Shown: positions 17,021 to 18,605 of the stretch, one piece after another | How positions within the stretch are numbered: position 1 is the stretch's first letter | Layout: each line of letters starts with the position of its first letter | Source of the DNA: Elusimicrobiota bacterium | GTDB lineage: Bacteria > CG03 > SLGR01 > JBDRKX01 | DNA: 18,605 nucleotides | Direction of reading: 5' to 3' | Assembly (NCBI GenBank): GCA_043813605.1 | Contig: JBDRKX010000121.1 | Coordinates: forward strand, 1-18,605 | The notes under the pieces: generated by a model | What the model was told of the DNA's origin: nothing | The model's input: only the letters and a program-made list of their open reading frames with translations | The model's database searches: none | Translations under genes and position numbers: made by a program

Positions 17021-17971
17021 CTAATCATCTTCCTGGCACATAAAAAATGTGCTTTCCCCCTGCTTTCCCCTCTTTTCCTTCATTCTGGAACAAAGGCTGG
17101 TAATCTGTCCGAAATGATCAAATTTTTGTTTTTCGTTTGTAACAACATTTATCATTATAGACATCAACGGAAATTGGTTTTCTTTGTCATTTACATCTTT
17201 TTCTGTCACTGTTTTTTTTAGCCGGTCACCGGCAATTTTATCATATATTGAAAGCACTTCATAATCGAATCTCATTATTATTTTGTCGCAGATAGATTCT
17301 ATCTTATTCAAACCTGTGATCACAATAAAATCATCCCCCCCTATATGGCCTATAAAATTATTTGTATTTCTCTTGACGTCCAGTTCAGAGATCAGTATAT
17401 TTACAACAAGTTTTATTATTTCATCTCCGCGATCAAACCCGTAACGCTCGTTAAAAGCCTTGAAATTTGTCAGATCTATATAGAAAACAGTGAATTCCTC
17501 ACCATCATCTATTCTACGCTGCATTTCCTTGTTGATCTCGCCTGTTCCGGGCAGGTACGTCAGCGGATTAGCTCCCAGCTCCCTTGAATACCGCTCCAGC
17601 AGATTTCTGATCCGTACAAAAAGCTCTTCGCTCTCAAAAGGTTTTGTGATATAGTCATCGCCGCCGGTCTTTATCCCTTTTACCCTGTCGTCTATATCAG
17701 TCATACATGTCAGCATTATGACAGGGATATGACTCAGCAGAAGGTCTTCTCTTATCCTTCTGCAGACTTCATAACCGTCCATGTCCGGCATCTTTACGTC
17801 CAGGACAATCAGGTCGATCTTTTCCATTGTCAACACCTGCAAAGCTTCCATCCCACTCGTTGCCGTTTTGATTTCATAACCCTCTTTTTCAAGAACAGTC
17901 GCAATCATCTTGAGGAATTCCATTTCATCATCTACTATTAGTACAGTTTCTTTTTTACTCATTTTTATCAT
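17021..17971 (-). CDS. Response regulator with GGDEF-like domain (REC-GGDDF variant), copy B
   Basis: REC (LIVDDE, LDVKMP, MLTC, TKPF), then NPLTYLPGT, YIDLTNFKAFNERYGFDRGD and GHIGGDDF. Colinear paralogue of copy A. Confidence 0.9.
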   Translation of the reverse strand: MIKMSKKETVLIVDDEMEFLKMIATVLEKEGYEIKTATSGMEALQVLTMEKIDLIVLDVKMPDMDGYEVCRRIREDLLLSHIPVIMLTCMTDIDDRVKGIKTGGDDYITKPFESEELFVRIRNLLERYSRELGANPLTYLPGTGEINKEMQRRIDDGEEFTVFYIDLTNFKAFNERYGFDRGDEIIKLVVNILISELDVKRNTNNFIGHIGGDDFIVITGLNKIESICDKIIMRFDYEVLSIYDKIAGDRLKKTVTEKDVNDKENQFPLMSIMINVVTNEKQKFDHFGQITSLCSRMKEKRGKQGESTFFMCQEDD

Positions 17972-17980
17972 CCAGGCTAT

Positions 17981-18604
17981 TTAACCCAAGTATTTTTCTA
18001 TCTCTGCCATAAGGTCATCTTTATCCATTGATTTGGTCATAAACTTATCAGCGCCCAGCAGATAACAATCTTCTCTGTACTGATCGATATTGCAGGATGT
18101 AAGCACAATAATAGGGATATAGGACGTTTCTTTATCGGCTTTAATTCTTTTTATTACCTCGAAACCGTCCATTCCCGGCATGTTTATATCCAGTACCATA
18201 AGATCCGGCTTCTCATTCCTTACCATATTTATGCCCTCTTTGCCTCCTGTCGCAATAATGACTTTATAATTCTTCTTTTCCAGGAATCCTTTTACAAGCA
18301 TTGACGCTTCAATCTCATCATCTACAACAAGTACGGTTTTCGCACTATCCATTACTCCTCCCAAGCGTGTTCTTATGCGCTCAATACTGCAGAAAAGCCT
18401 TTCAAAATCAACAGGTTTCCCTATAACTTCAATTGCACCCAAGCTCAATCCTTTTTCTTCGGCAAGAGATACCATTATTGTTATGAGTATCACAGGAATA
18501 GACTCGGTAGCCGGATCCTGTTTAAGCATCTGCAGCACATTGAATCCGTCTAACCCCGGCATAAGCACATCAAGAGTGATCATATCCGGCCTTTCCTCCC
18601 TGGC
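17981..18604 (-). CDS. Protein ending in two receiver domains (partial; possibly the C-terminus of a hybrid histidine kinase)
   Basis: The frame stays open past the track's ATG to the window edge (AREERPDMITLDVLMPGLDG...). REC1 ends IGKPV. REC2 has VLVVDDE, LDINMP, LTSC and MTKS. Confidence 0.85.
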   Translation of the reverse strand, partial: AREERPDMITLDVLMPGLDGFNVLQMLKQDPATESIPVILITIMVSLAEEKGLSLGAIEVIGKPVDFERLFCSIERIRTRLGGVMDSAKTVLVVDDEIEASMLVKGFLEKKNYKVIIATGGKEGINMVRNEKPDLMVLDINMPGMDGFEVIKRIKADKETSYIPIIVLTSCNIDQYREDCYLLGADKFMTKSMDKDDLMAEIEKYLG

Positions 18605-18605
18605 C

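Noticed and set aside
17335..17341. G7 run (minus strand) inside the GGDDF codons of copy B as a phase-variation tract
   Set aside because: It is short, in frame and explained by Gly-Gly-Asp codons; no evidence of variation.
9668..17941. Short plus-strand ORFs opposite the nucleotidase, rho, coaE, polA and GGDEF genes
   Set aside because: Shadow ORFs with no family motifs.
16034..17971. Possible Hypr-type GGDEF (3',3'-cGAMP synthase)
   Set aside because: The specificity position is Asp in both (SRGD, DRGD), not the Ser-type residue of Hypr enzymes.
17981..18583. ORF-track start at 18583 as a complete 200-aa gene
   Set aside because: That Met lies inside a receiver domain and the frame is open to the window edge, so the gene is truncated by the window.
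1..18605. CRISPR arrays, tRNA/rRNA genes, IS elements, integrases, defence genes
   Set aside because: I saw no spaced direct repeats, RNA gene signatures or transposase/recombinase motifs, and intergenic gaps are all under 300 nt.

Overview
A gene-dense bacterial chromosomal window, roughly 40% GC by eye, almost entirely on the minus strand. The centre is a housekeeping run: polA, coaE, rho, a secreted 5'-nucleotidase, an EF-G paralogue (EF-G II type) and yebC. The right end is a signalling cluster: a tandem-receiver protein running off the edge, then two paralogous REC-GGDEF-like genes with a GHIGGDDF variant motif. The left end is a second signalling cluster: receiver, membrane TPR/HEAT protein, receiver, a histidine kinase with no sensor domain, and a partial receiver. 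A membrane-anchored TPR protein lies upstream of it. The only plus-strand locus is an orphan PilB/GspE-family ATPase broken twice. Its degenerate MshEN N-domain is a separate ORF, and its ATPase core carries a 1-nt frameshift near 6245. The most notable observations are the sensor-less kinase/TPR-HEAT/multi-receiver module, the split PilB, a Pol I with Asp at the steric-gate Glu position (DYSQIDLR), an EF-G paralogue with altered GTPase motifs next to yebC, and the asymmetric REC-GGDDF pair. I saw no rRNA, tRNA, CRISPR array or mobile element. All calls come from reading motifs by eye; no database searches were run.
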